Below, in pieces: positions 22,919 through 36,194 of a stretch of 64,000 bases of DNA. Location: the NCBI RefSeq assembly GCF_021028975.2, contig NC_059425.1:51584001-51648000 (forward strand), given 5' to 3'. The DNA is from Sphaerodactylus townsendi (lineage: Eukaryota). Made by a program: the position numbers and the translations under genes. Below the pieces are notes generated by a model, which worked only from the letters and a program-made list of their open reading frames with translations, was not told the DNA's origin and did no database searches. Every line of letters begins with the position of its first letter. Within the stretch, counting starts at the first letter, position 1.

Positions 22919-25900
22919 CTTCTGACAGACTGCTCACACCAGCACAGTTATTTGGGTTGAGTCTGCTTCAGTTGCAGAACAACTCTCTTACTAGTGCTGA
23001 CATAGATATTGGACATTGATGAGACATACTACTTGCCATTGAAGTCTTGTACAAAGTCGGACTGTATTTGTAGTTTATTCATTATTCACATCATGTGTGA
23101 GCTGTGGGTGTACTTGTACCAATGTTGTATGCAGCAGCATAATATTTAACAGTACAGTCCTATGCAGAGTTATCCCAGTCACCATTTGATTTCAATAATC
23201 TTATATTATAACAGCTGTAGCAGTACAGTCCTAAGTGGGTGTACTCTGAATCCCACACCTTGCTGGTATCTGGAGTGCCTGGCAGCTCTAATCCTACAAC
23301 TGGACTTACTCCCAGGGAAGTGTTTTCAGGAGGGCAGTGCAAATGTTCTTAATGTACTTCACAGACTTTTGTACTTTTATATACTTTTCAGAGTTGCCCT
23401 TCTGATATAGGAAGAAATCTGTATCTCAGCTCTTTATGGGCACTGCTGTACAAACAAGTACAACATTATGAGGAACAAATCATTTGCTAATATAGTTCAG
23501 AAAAATCCATCAGTGAGCATTTACTGAAGTAATTTAAGAACTATAGATGACAATGAAACCTGGGGATACTACTTTTTTTGTCCAGCATCTACAACAAACA
23601 AGCCAATAAGATGGAAATGATGGGTAAACTGATTTAAAAATTCTATATTCAAAATGGCAGCAGTGAGACACAACTACAGTCAATGGCTTGTGAGGAACAC
23701 TTCTATGCTATAAGATCTTTATGGATGAGCTACAGCCTAGCCTCCTCTATGAATGACTGCCACTTCCACTCTGATTTTTTTCTTATTTGGATTACAGTCC
23801 CCTATCTGTTCACTTATGAAATGGTGTACTTTGTCTTTCACTATATGCAGTATTTGTTTCTGACAAATTTCACACATCTTCAGGTGTCTTTCAACCTCTC
23901 CATCAGTTTTCCACGCTCATATTAAAATGTCTTCACTGCTTTGAATCTTATATGATCTTGGAGGTTTTAAATGGAAGTAAATAACCCCATATGGGCCAAC
24001 TATGCACCAGGCATTTGCTGTGTGATAGGGGCAAATGTGTGTCAATGCAAGATTTCTTGTACGGACCTATTTCCTTAAGCCCCACTTTTGCTTTCTATTC
24101 TCCCAGCTGCAAGCGAGACCACTTCTAGCATGAATTTAATTTTGCTTTGCAGCCAGAGCAGCCAGAGTTGCCAGTGACCACAGTTTTGCCCTGGACCTCT
24201 TCTCTCCATCCACACTCAGCCCACCTAGTCTCGCTCCCTACTCCCTTGCACTGCTTTGCACCTTCCCGCTTGTCCTTCTCTCTGTTGCTGACTCCTTCCC
24301 ACTTGTCTAAATGCTTGTATTGATACATCGATAGGAACAGTACAAACAGGGTCTCTGCTTTATTGCTTTATCGCTCCTGCTCTGCTTCTGTCTTCTCTGA
24401 TGGTTGGGAGGGCATTTTCAGACAAGCTTCTATTTTAAAAACAACCTTCTCTCTTTGGCTTTTGCAAAGGAAGAACACAAGTAGGGTGTCTTTTTGTCTC
24501 CACCCTACCTCCCCCACTCTGCTTCCTCCCTTTTACAAGAGAGAGAGATGGGGGGCAGTGAGACCAGCAAGTGAACTTTGGGGCAGGCAGGGAATGGCTT
24601 CTTGCATGTAAATAGAAAAATGTGAGGAGACCCCTCTGCAAGCCCACTGCACACTGTAGAGCCGTAAGGTAAACATTCTGTGTGTAATGGGTCTCAGTAT
24701 AATATACAGCAATGGGGAATTAGGATACTTTGTATTTCAACAGTTGGGTTGATGAGGTGTATCTATTTTTCAACCTTGATTGGAAATGTAACATTATTCA
24801 TGGTGTTACATTAAACAGACAGAAACATTTTTAATGAAATATTTGTTTCTTAATATAGGAATTGCAGAAGTAATTCATCCTTGCAATAGTTGAGAATCCC
24901 CATTATTCTGAAAAGCCACTTAAAAAGCAAACGTATAACCAGCATTAATCAACCCTTTCCAGACTGACTGTCCAACAGAAGAGACTTTCTGATTAGCCTA
25001 ATATGCTTCACAGGGGAAAGCAGTTAAGACCAAGATCTTATAAGGAGCAGTTTTGACTGCAATGATGCCACCAATCAGGTTTCACCATTGTATTTCTCAC
25101 TGCAGGTGGGAAGAGACTACCAATGCCTGTTTGTGACTTCTCCTTCAGCCCACTCCCTCCCTCTGAACTGACCAGGATGAATAACTGAGGGAGGGCAAGT
25201 CCACTGGCACAGCTCCATGGTTCCATGAGTCACTTCAGCCCTCCCCTGCCCTGAATTGGGCTGTCAGAGTCCTTATTTTTCCCATAACTGGCAAAAAAAT
25301 GATGTTCTTCTGTTATTTATGGTACCTTCTTCCATGAGTTCTGTCAGTGAAGTTATGCCAAGTTTCATTTTTTTGGGAAAATACTTTTTACAAAAGAAAT
25401 GTACTATATTCCTTTTTAAATGCTTGTACAAATGTACTTCCTTGGTTTCTTTTTTATCAGTGAATTCAATGCTGAAGTTAAATCACTTCCCTGTTTCATC
25501 TTTCCCTTTCAAACTGCCTGCTTTGAGGTGCTTTTCTTTTTCAGCAACTTGTCCCCTGCCAGCAAGTGACCCTCTAGCTCTAATTTGGAATACCAAATTC
25601 CCACTGAAGTCCTGCATACCTTTGTTACCTCAATTGTAACTAGCTAGCAAGGGCCACATTTGCCATCCGAAGTCAATAAAAGAGAGAGGAGGGGGGAAGC
25701 TTTAATGTTGCTTAAGAGAATGCTTTTCAGTCAAATTCCAGTGGTGTCCCCTCAATTCCCTCTCAGCAACACTGTTAAATGTGCATTTTTTGAAGTGGTT
25801 GGCTGTTCTGGATTCCTTCAGAGATTTGTTAATATACTATCATGCTTCATTTGCTCTCTTTCTCAGAGGTCCCTCTCTCTCTTTTTGGGAAAAAACCTCC

Positions 25901-26689
25901 TCAAATCTTAAACCAATGCCTTCATTGTTTGAAATGTCTTTATTCCAACAATGCTGACCTCAGATATCCTCTCTTATTTGCTGAGGAACTCAGACAGTCA
26001 TTCATATGATAAGTGCATGTAGCGGCCTTAATGTTAATTAAGTAATTTTTATCCTCTATGGGTCTACAGAGAATTTTTCAGTTTTTCATTACAATTTTTC
26101 AGCAGCTGAGTTTATTGGTTACTGATGTTGATAAAAGTGAACAGAACACAAAGTACATGGGGAAAGAGTCAAGAAGACTAAGCTCCATGGACACCTCACC
26201 TTTCCAGTTGCTTTAGGAGCTAAGATAAAACATCAGTGTTTCTTACTCCTGCCCAACAGCAGTTAGGAAAGGAGGGTGGTATGGCAAAGTGTTGTCAAGT
26301 TACAAACAACTATGCTGATCCCGCAGGGTTTTCAAGGCAACAGATGTTCAGAGATGGTTTGCTATTGCCTTCCTCTGTGTAGCAACAACTTCCCTGGTGG
26401 TCTCATATCCAAATATTAACCAGAGACTGTTCTGCTTAGCTTCCAAGATCTGGTGGTTTTGGGCTAGCCTGGGCCATCCAGGACAGGCCAGAAAGGAATA
26501 TATGCCAAAATATGTTTGTTTTTCAGGTGCCACAAGACTCTTGCTTTGGCAGCAGGTTTTGATCTTCAGGCTTTGACCTTAGTTTGGATTATGATTTTCT
26601 CAAGCATCTACTTACCAGAACTTATGTGAAAGACAAAGGTCCATTCCACACAGCACAAAAAAAAAGCCCTTTCTGGTGGTGTAACTTCA

Positions 26690-27895
26690 TGTAAGAGCAT
26701 AAGAAAGAGCCTGCTGGATCAGACCAGAGTCCATCTAGTCCAGCTCACTGCTACTCACAGTGGTCCACCAGATGCCTTTAGGAGCTCACATGCAGGATGT
26801 GAAAGCGATGGCCTTCTGCTGCTGCTGCTCCCGTGTACCTGGTCTGCTAAGGCATTTGCAATCTCGTATCAAGGAAGATCAAGATTGGTAGCCATAGATC
26901 GACTTCTCCTCCATAAATCTGTCCAAGCCCCTTTTAAAGCTATCCAGGTTAGTGGCCATCACCACCTCCTGTGGCAACATATTCCAAACACCAATTACGT
27001 GTTGCGTGAAGAAATGTTTCCTTCCCCCCAGCATTTTCAATGGATGCCCCCTGGTTTTAGTATTGTGAGAGAGAAAAATGTCTCTCTTGTCAACATTTTC
27101 TACCCCATGCATAATTTTATAGACTTCAATCATATCCCCCCTCAGATGTCTCCTCTCCAAACTAAAGAGTCCCAAACGCTGCAGCCTCTCCTCATAAGGA
27201 AGGTGCTCCAGTCCCTCAATCATCCTCGTTGTCCTTCTCTGCACTTTTTCTATCTCTTCGATATCCTTTTTGAGATGTGGCGACCAGAACTGAACACAGT
27301 ACTCCAAGTGCGGTCGCGTCACTGCTTTATATAAGGGCATGACAATCTGTGCAGATTTATTATCAATTCCTTTCCTAATGATCCCCAGCATAGAGTTTGC
27401 CTTTTTCACAGCTGCCATGCATTGAGTTGACATTCCCATGGAACTATCAACTAAGACGCCCAAATCCCTTTCCTGGTCTGTGACTGATAGCACTGACCCC
27501 TGTAGCGTGTATGTGAAGTTTGGATTTTTTGCCCCTATGTGCATCACTTTACATTTTCCTACATTGAACTGCATTTGCCATTTCTTAGCCCACTCACCTA
27601 ATTTATCAAGGTCCACTTGGAGCTCTTCGCAATCCTTTGTGGTTCTCACCACCTTACATAATTTGGTATCATCTGCAAACTTGGCCACCACACTACCCAC
27701 CCCTACTTCCAGGTCATTTATGAATAGGTTAAAGAGCACTGGTCCCAAAACGGATCCTTGGGGGACACCACTCCCTACATCTCTCCATTGTGAGAACTTC
27801 CCATTTACACCCACCTTTCCTTCCTGTTTCTCAACCAGTTTTGAATCCATAGGAGGACTTCCCCTCTTATTCCTTCATTGCTGAGTTTTCTCAAT
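26690..27895 (-). mobile_element. CR1 LINE, 5'-truncated (RT C-terminal half plus 3' UTR)
   Basis: ORF 26879-27850 contains SGVPQGSVLGPVLFNLFINDL, KFADDTKL, W.M.FN..KCKVMH.G, RPHLEYCVQFWSPH and LERRHLRGDMIEVYKI. (TTCTTATG)-type tail near 26690. Confidence 0.95.
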
Positions 27896-28404
27896 AGCCC
27901 AATGGAAGGCTTTCCAATGATGGGGAAATTTCATTTTATTTTTTTGCTTCCTCATGCTGCTGAAAAGCTCTCTGGAGGCAATGGAACAGAGCGGCAGTAG
28001 CCTGCCTGGGCCTCTGGATTGGCTGCCCTGCTATTAAAAGGCTGAGCATGTTCATTTAAGTTGCCTTAGTGACAGGGAAAACATTGAAAAAATATTTATA
28101 TGTTTCATTTCTTATACTATGCACTTCAAGATGATATACATATTATTCCAATGGAATAGCAATTCAAGTATTTCATGTGTCAAAGTGAGTGAATCGTGGT
28201 TAGTAGTTAAGAATGATGGACTCTAACCTGGAGAATCAGGTTTAATTCCCTACTCCACATGAGTGGTGGATTCTTACCTGGTGAACTGGATTTGTTTCCC
28301 CATTCCTACACATGAAGCCTTCTGGGTGGCCTTGGGCTAGTCATAGCTCATTCAGAACTCTCTCAGTCCCACCTACTTCACAAGTCTGTTCTGGGGAGAG
28401 GAAG

Positions 28405-29299
28405 GACCCCCTGAACCAAACTTCACTAAACCTGGGTGGTTTCATCAGGAGAGTCTCCTGAAGATAGCCTAACATTTTGGTACTGTTAGCTTAAACATTG
28501 CTCCCCTGACAGGCACCCTCAAATTTTCCCCAGGTTCTCTCTTTAAATCCACCCACTTTGGAGTGGATTTAAAGGGAGACTCTGGGCTCCCTAGATTAAA
28601 AAAAATTGAAAGTATTGTTGAAGGCTTTCACAACCAGATTCAACTGGTTGTTGTGGGTTTTACAGGCTGTGTGGCTGTGGTTTGGTAGATCTTGTTCCTA
28701 ACGTTTCACCTGCATCTGTGGCTGGCATCTTCAGAGATGTATCACAGAGAGAAGTCTGTTATAAAAGAAGTCTGGACACAGTGTATAACAGACTTCTCTC
28801 TGTGATACACCTCTGAAGATACCAGCTACAGATGCAGGTGAAACATTAGGAACAAGATCTACCAGACTACAGCCATGCAGCCCAGAAAACCCACAGTAAT
28901 CAACATTGAAAATGATGCTGTTTGGGGGGTGGGTGGGGAATCTACCCTGAAACTTTTAATGTTATTTAAACTAGGGAGCCCAGAGTCTCTCTTTAAGGTG
29001 GATTTAAAAGGAGAATCTGGCATCTCTAGTTTAAACAACATTAAAAGTGATGCTGTTTCAGGGTGGATTCCCCCCCTTCAAAAATTAGCATCAATTTTAA
29101 TGTTGTTTAAAGTAGGGAGCCCTGGGTGTGTTCAGATTTGTATGTTGGGGGCATGTTCTATAATGTGATGGTGACTTTGAGATGACCTGATGCAAAAAAA
29201 TGTTGTTTGGTCGTGGTGGGGGAGGGACGATGCCCATATGGGGGGGGACGCAAAACTCAGATTTTGCCCCAGGCTCCATTTTCCTTAGCTACACCACTG
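28405..29299. mobile_element. Non-autonomous hAT-like repeat hosting a Penelope insertion
   Basis: Homologous to the 16-17 kb repeat. Ends GCTACACCACTG. The terminal 170 bp are also repeated at about 58555-58711. Confidence 0.55.
28613..28897 (-). mobile_element. Penelope-like hairpin insertion (second subfamily) nested in a hAT-like element
   Basis: TATTGTTGAAGGCTTTCAC terminus and inverted arms around about 28778. The motif CTCTGAAGATGCCAGCCACAGATGCAGGTGAAACGTTAGG lies on the minus strand, with a variant on the plus strand. Confidence 0.8.
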
Positions 29300-29639
29300 G
29301 ATCCAACTCTCCCAGATAGTTACACAATGACACTGTAAAAGGGTGAAGGGAAAGAGTTGCTTTCTTTTCTTTACCCTCCAAACTTTGTGGGGACAGAAAG
29401 AATGCTGTTAATGTAGGTATTGCAAAAGGGCAGGGAGAAAGAGTTGTATTGTATTATTCTATTTGTGTACCGCCCTCCCCCGAAGGGTTCAGGGTAGTGA
29501 ACTACAACAGCATAACAGCAAACATCAGGAATTATAACATCAAGCAACAAAACATCGATAAACATAGCATCATAACATTATAAACATAGCATGATAAACA
29601 ACAAGAACATCAATAATCATAACATCATAAACTTTAAGG

Positions 29640-29747
29640 CAGTGGTTCTCAACCTTCCTAATGCTGGGACCCTTTAATACAGTTCCTCATGTCGTGGTGA
29701 CCCCCAACCATAAAATTATTTTCATTGCTACTTCATAACTGTAATTT
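29640..29747. mobile_element. SPIN/URR1-like hAT terminal segment
   Basis: CAGTGGTTCTCAACCTTCCTAATGCTGGGACCCTTTAATACAGTTCCTCATGTCGTGGTGACCCCCAACCATAAAATTATTTTCATTGCTACTTCATAACTGTAATTT matches the recalled URR1/SPIN end almost base for base. The partner end was not found. Confidence 0.8.
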
Positions 29748-29836
29748 GTCATATAAAATACAATATCAACAATTTTCATATTAGTAATAATGCATTTGAG
29801 CATAAATTCTACTGAGATCCAGAGAAACTGGCCTCC

Positions 29837-30061
29837 ACTGTACTGTAATATTACAATCATTTCCCAGGGACCAATACAAGCTTGCAGTTCTGTACTGTAC
29901 TGTAATATTACAATCATTTCCCAGGGACCAATACAAGCTTGCAGTTCTGTACTGTACTGTAATATTACAATCATTTCCCAGGGACCAATACAAGCTTGCA
30001 GTTCTGTACTGTACTGTAATATTACAATCATTTCCCAGGGACCAATACAAGCTTGCAGTTC
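29837..30061. repeat. Perfect 57-bp minisatellite, about 4 copies
   Basis: Unit ACTGTACTGTAATATTACAATCATTTCCCAGGGACCAATACAAGCTTGCAGTTCTGT, starting at 29837, 29894, 29951 and 30008. Confidence 0.95.
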
Positions 30062-30482
30062 ATGCCATTCATCCAATGAACCACGGACAAAACTCCTGTG
30101 TTGTTTTAGGAATTTTAAAATGATATACTTGCAGCCCAGGCCAGATACCCCACCTCCCGGTAAAATGCACTCGTCTTCTCTCATGGCCCCATGCTTGTGT
30201 CCTGACCACAGCTGAATAGAAATATATATGTAAAGTGAATGTTTAACTTTACACAATAAAATATCATAATTTCCTTAACCACTGTTCATTTCTGCTCTTC
30301 AGGCATTCCCAGACAGACACATTTTCCCAATACAGGGTGATACTCTGCCCAGGAAATTCTGCTGCAGATGGCTAGGAGTGGCAGAGGGTGGCAAGGGTTG
30401 TGGGGAATAGCAAGGGGTGGGAGGGTAGGCCTCTGCCGGGTCCCCGAGGGCCCAGCTGGCCTTTGGGGGGGGGGGGACACAA

Positions 30483-30826
30483 GACAGATTGACTTCATCA
30501 AGGAAGCCTTGCACACACACAAACACACCCCATTTGCAAGACATAAGTGGAGCTGTTAATGACAGAATGTTTTGGAGGTGGTTAATTCATAAGGTTGACA
30601 TAAACTGGAAGATACTTGGCTGCACATAATGCACACAAAGATCAAATCAAACCTGAATCCTTTCTAGCAGCTAAGAACGACCAAGCTGAAGCTATTGACT
30701 TTGGCCATATCATGAAAAGACAAGGCTCAGTGGAAAAGATGAGAAAGACAATAATACTTGGAAAAGCAGAAGGCATCAGGAAAAGAAGACCCAGCATGAC
30801 ATGAATTAACTCTAAAAAGGAAGCCA
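30483..30826 (+). mobile_element. Two tandem RTE-BovB-like 3' fragments
   Basis: IDFIKEA...LQD...AVNDRMFWR.LIH.V plus tail (30483-30637), followed by QIKPE...FGHIMKRQGS.EK..TIILGK.EG.RKR.RP (30638-30826). Confidence 0.75.
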
Positions 30827-30833
30827 GGATCTC

Positions 30834-30922
30834 CTTCTCTTCTCTTCTCTTCTCTTCTCTTCTCTTCTCTTCTCTTCTCTTCTCTTCTCTTCTCTTCTCT
30901 TCTCTTCTCTTCTCTTCTCTTC
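30834..30922. repeat. (CTTCT)n microsatellite
   Basis: Perfect pentanucleotide run. Confidence 0.97.
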
Positions 30923-32367
30923 ACTCCACCTCCTCTCAAAAACAGAGCCTGGTGCACTGGGACCTGGCTAGGCAGGGTCCCCAAGCAGCAGCCCCCTTAG
31001 CCTCGACCTCTTCCTTGTGCTTGGAGCAGCTGTCCCCCTCCCTTCAGCCTTGTTGCAAAGATATGACTAGGAAGTAACTCATGGAACATGGACTATATTT
31101 CAGGAACGGATTCTGTTTTGAGCACCACCACAGATCTAATTAAGTCAAGGCGGTGAGATTGGCCCCAAATCCAAACAAAAACATCCACTCCTTTATACAC
31201 CAAAGGTGCTTTTGTAATGATGAACAAAATATTGATATTATACAAGCCTGCATGGTCCAAGGTTAGGGGTCTATGTGGCATTTGGGAAAAAGGAGCCTTC
31301 CATCCCCACCCACCCCTCTTCATCACCTTGCCCCAGCTATTTCTATGTATCTCAACAGGATGGAGGTTCTTCTCTCACCCACTGGATGTTCCCTTTCTGT
31401 TTCCCACTCTGACTTGTGGGAAAACCAGCAGCTTTTTCACTATGGAATCAGACATAAACAAGTGTGTGTGTAGGGGGGGGGGGAGATCTAACAGATGCAG
31501 AGGGGCCAGGGAAATGAAAGAGGGGGGGGGATAGAGGGAGGGAGGGAGAGGGAGGTAGATAAAGATGATAGAGACAGAGAGAGGGAGGGAGATAAAGAGA
31601 AATAGGTAGGTAGGTAAGTAGAGAAAGAGAGAGAGATAAGATAGAGAGAGGGGAAGAGAAGTGGGGGAGAAAGATGATATAAAAATCACAAGCCCCCTGT
31701 TCGGGGCCAGATGAGACAGACCCAACCTCGCCGTGGGAGGGGGATGAGAACCACCCCAACTCACCAGTGAGGAAGAGCCAAGAGGTGGGAGGGTGCCCAG
31801 ATGACAGGGAAAGCTCAGGAGTTCAGGAGAGGCCGGGATAGCCAGCAGAAATGGCAGTGCTACGAGCCCACCGACAGCAAGGTGGGCAGAGCCAGGATGC
31901 CTTGCTGACCCCACACCTGCAGCGCAGCAGCGACGCAACCCCAAGTGGGGGGCGGGGCACAGTTTAAATGTCCCGGCATTCACCCCCTGGAGCCTGAGGC
32001 TGGCTGCAAAAAGGCAGGGTCAGAGGCAAGCCTTGGGGATTGGTGGGAGGGCTTGAAACAGACGGGAAAGTTTAAAAGTGGGAAGGATGGAAGGCAGGGG
32101 ACGGGTTGTGTGGAAGACAAGTTTGGAGGTGGAGAGGCGGTGAAACGGATGGGGAGGCTAGGAAAAAGTGACTAGTGACTAGTCTCAGCCAGCCTGTCCT
32201 CAGAAGCCCCCCTGAACCAAACTTTACCAAAGTAATCCTGATGATACCCTGAAATTTTGGTGTCACTAGTTTTAAAAATATTGGTTTGTATGTTTCACCA
32301 CTCCTTCACATGAAGTCTGCTGGGTTCCACCATTGTAACAATGGTAGGCATGAAGCCTTCCTTCCCA

Positions 32368-32600
32368 GTAGACACAATGTATAACAGACTTCTCTCTGTG
32401 ATACCCCTCTGAAGATGCCAGCTATGATGTGGTGGTGATTTTGGGGTGACCAAGAGAAAAAATCATTAGGGTTCCACAGGTGCAGGCCAAACTACAGTAG
32501 CAGGACCTACACGGCCACACAGCCTAGAAAACACACACAACACTTGCAACTGTTGGTTGCTCCTACTGTTTGACCTGCACCTGTGGCTGACATCTCCCGA
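32368..32600. mobile_element. Degenerate Penelope-like terminal-repeat fragments
   Basis: ACAGACTTCTCTCTGTGATACCCCTCTGAAGATGCCAGC and GCCACACAGCCTAGAAAACACACA match the 28.6-28.9 kb copy. Confidence 0.6.
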
Positions 32601-35533
32601 GGTGCTTGAAGGTTAGGTGACCTAAGCCGGCAACAGTAAGAGGCTTGTGTGACCAAGCAACCTACCCATGGCATTGAACCCCCTGAAGCAAAGTCCCCCA
32701 AACCTGGATGGTGTCATCAAGAGACTCTCCTGAAGATACCCTGAAAGTTTTGTGACTGTGCCTTCAGAAATGTGCACTCCTCAGACACCCCCCAAATTTC
32801 CCCATTGACAGCAATGCAGCAAACTCAATGTAGAACGAAGAATCTTGGGCAAATTTGGGGGTGCCTGTCAGGGGTGCAAGCGTTAATCTAGTGACACCAA
32901 AATTTCAGGGTATCATCAAGAGGCTGTCCTGATGATACTTCCCAAGTTTGGTGCAGTTTGGTTCAGGGGGACCAAAATTATGGACCCTCAAAGGGGTAGC
33001 CCCCATCTCCTTAGCTCCCATTGGAAAGAATGGGGGATAGGAGCACCCCCTTTGAGGGGCAGCTATCTTGGGCAGCTGGTGGAACTCCTGTTGTAACTGC
33101 CAGATGCCACCCCCTGCAGGTGTTTCCAATGGGGATGGACTCTCACTCCTTCCCATGGGCAGCAGGCGGCAGCTCACCAGGTCGGCTTCTGCGTGGTTGA
33201 CTGCAGGCAAACCAACAGGAAGGCTCTGTCCCAGGCAGGGCTGAACAAGCTGGCTCAATTCTCTTCCCTCCATTCAAGCAGGTTGGGGACAGAGGCAATA
33301 ATTCTTAGCTCCCAACTGCAAAAGAGAGAGAAGAAAGCTTTTTTTCCTTTGCAGCCTGGGCTCAAAGCTTGAGGTGCAGAAAAAGGAAATAAACTAATTG
33401 TCTGACTTCTGCCCCTGCCCCCAACAGCAAGTCAGGGAGGCAGCGCAAGTCCTTTCTGCATAACACAAATATAATGTCTTGTTATAAAAAATATTTTGGG
33501 GAGGAACTCCATACAGCTATCTTTCCCAAAACATTTTCTTGTTGTTTTATTTCCCTCAACCTGGGTTTTTCAAAAATCGCTAAACTAGATCACACATGCA
33601 TGAGCTGCTAGCAGAAACCTCTATGAGAAACCTTCAGCAAATGACTGGTGGGCTGGAGAATTTCTGCAGCAGCACACAAAATGGCGGGGGCAAGAAAATG
33701 AAACTGACAAGCTTCAGTCAGCTAGTGGCAGTGGGGGGAAGTTGTAATAGAAGTATTTTGACTGGCAATGCTTTTTTTGTTCTCTCTGTGCAGACACACA
33801 AAAAGTAAAACAGTTTTTTTAATGTCTGCAAGACATTTTATTTGTGCTGTGCAGGAAATGCCAAAATTTGCAGGAGAAGGAAAAAATTGATTAGCTGAGA
33901 GCTGGATTCTTACTCCGCCCCCCTCAAAAAAACCTTTTCTGGGTACAGAGCAGAAAAGTCCCCAGCAGGAGAATAGAAGCCAACTCCTAGGCGATCCCTT
34001 ATCAACCGGCATTTGGTTTCTGATGGTTGCAAATAGACTGTTCCTGCAAGTACAAATGAACAGGTTGTGAACAGCCAAGCAGCCCAGTGATTGATTGGCT
34101 GCCTGATCACCACTGGCAAATGGGACATAATCCAAACTGGCAGGCATTCAAGCATCCCTACTACAAACTTGAAGATTAGGTTCAGGAATCTTTGCTTTGG
34201 GAATTATTTTCTATAGGGCTGTAACAATCTAGACCAATGCATAAAGAGATCCTTATCTACTTGAGAACACTGAAGAGTGGCTGCCCATCAGAGTAGCAAA
34301 TACCGATCTAGATCAATGAAATAAGGCAGAACTCATATGTTCAAAATCACAAAATAATTTCAGACCAAGTTTCTGAAGGTGATGACTTTTTGAATCCTAA
34401 CATTTTTTTAAACAAGGTTATTCTCCAAAAGTGTGGTTTTAGTGTAAGCATGTATTCATAAATAATCATTTAATTTCAGTACTGACTTAGTTTGGAAAAT
34501 GAAAGAAATATAATTAGTTAAATTTTATTGTCTCTTTGTTATACTGGTCATCATACTTCTCTGCATTACATTTTCTAAAGAGAACAGCAAAAATGTTATC
34601 AATCGCATTTACTTTTTTCTAAAAAAAACTTATGGAAAATTATGAAAAACCAATCAAATGGCTAATTTTAACAGGCTTATGAATAAGCTGATCCATTATT
34701 AGAAATCCAGTTTAATTGATACAGCTTATTTTCTTTGATGAAACTACTTAGGGTACATATTTAGATGTAGTCATTAGCATAAAAGGCCTTATTGTTTATG
34801 TCTTTTGATCACTGTTGCTTTCTGGCAGAAAGCCACATTTCAGTATTCTTGAGAGGGATGAGTAGGCTTTTGACTGCCATCCAGAGCTTTTGTCGGTAAC
34901 AGTATATGTCTATGATCCTCAAGATGTGGGTAGATACCATCTTATTTCCTCTCATCAAATGCTTTCATAATAAATGCACTTTTTGTTATGTTACGCTATA
35001 CCCTGTCCAGTGAATTCCTGAAGAAGCAAATTACTCAGAGAGGAAAGAAAGAACACACTCTTTCTTTCCCCCTCCCTCTGGATAGCCCAAATCACCTTAG
35101 GCTGCTCAGATTTGCAGAAGAAATCATGCCGAGAGATGTAGATAATTTGTGACTGAAATGGTGAGTATTTTACCATGACCTGTGGCAGGAATAAGCAATT
35201 GCTAGACCGCAAGCCAGATCTGACCCCTGAGGGGGGCCCTACCACATTTTTAAATAAAGATGTGGTTTTGAAAAAAAATGCACTGGTTTTCACTTGAGTG
35301 GAAAATAGAATTGTTTCCAAATGCTGTGAAAATTCCACATGTTAATATTATCTTAACTTTTGTATGCAAAATGCCTTGACAGATGACTACTTGAAGAAGT
35401 ATTTTTATTTACTTCATTTATACCCTGCCATCCCTAATGGGGACTGCAAACAGATTACATTATTCTCATTTCCTCTATTTTATCCTCTCAACAACCCTGT
35501 AAGATAGTTTAGGCTGGGAGACATTGACTAGTC

Positions 35534-35694
35534 CAGGGGTAGGGAACCTGCGGCTCTCCAGATGTTCAGGAACTACAATTCCCATCAGCCTCTGTCAGCA
35601 TGGCCAATTGGCCATGCTGGTAGGGGCTGATGGGAATTGTAGTTCAAACCCGTCCCCTCGAACATCTGGAGAACTGCAGGTTCCCTACCCCCTG
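35534..35694. mobile_element. Palindromic hAT MITE inserted in a Squam3-like SINE
   Basis: CAGGGGTAGGGAACCTGC...GCAGGTTCCCTACCCCCTG, nearly fully self-complementary, with a perfect TSD GACTAGTC. Confidence 0.9.
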
Positions 35695-36194
35695 GACTAG
35701 TCAAAAAAGGTATTCTACAGGTTTATATGGGCACAGTGGGGATTCAAACATGGATCACAGATCCTAGTCCAACACCCTAACCCACAACACCTCTGGTGAG
35801 ACTCTCATGAATTTCATATAAATTGTATGGTTTTCCATTTCCTCCCATCTCCATCATTGACTTTATGCTACCAAAGCTGTGTTCTGTAACTATTGGGAAT
35901 GTATTTATTTAAACATTTATAGCTTATCTTTCTCAGCATATCTCCAAGATGGATCACAGAGTACAAAAGAGGGAAATGTAATCATATCTTGATGAACAGC
36001 TGCATGCCAAGGAATTGTCCCAGTCATGAATCCCTTGATTGATAGGGAGGGTGAATAGAATTCTGAGGGTGAAAATTTGAGAATTCTGTCCAGTTGTGAA
36101 CTCACAGTTGATTTGGAAGGGGTTAACGGGCAGTGCTTGGGGAACAGTGATGCAAGCTGTCTGATGGAGGATTCTCATCTGGAGTGAAAAGGGA

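Noticed and set aside
29837-30061. CRISPR-like array or repeat-protein gene
   Set aside because: Contiguous identical units with no spacers in a eukaryotic context; the ORFs result from the 57-bp unit length.
30483-30826. Circularly permuted BovB fragment
   Set aside because: The IKEA-coding segment is present in both pieces, so two tandem fragments explain the order.
35086-35160. Coding exon (pyrimidine tract-AG ... ATG|GTGAGT)
   Set aside because: Good splice signals but stop codons in all three frames; at most a non-coding exon, and there is no support for that.
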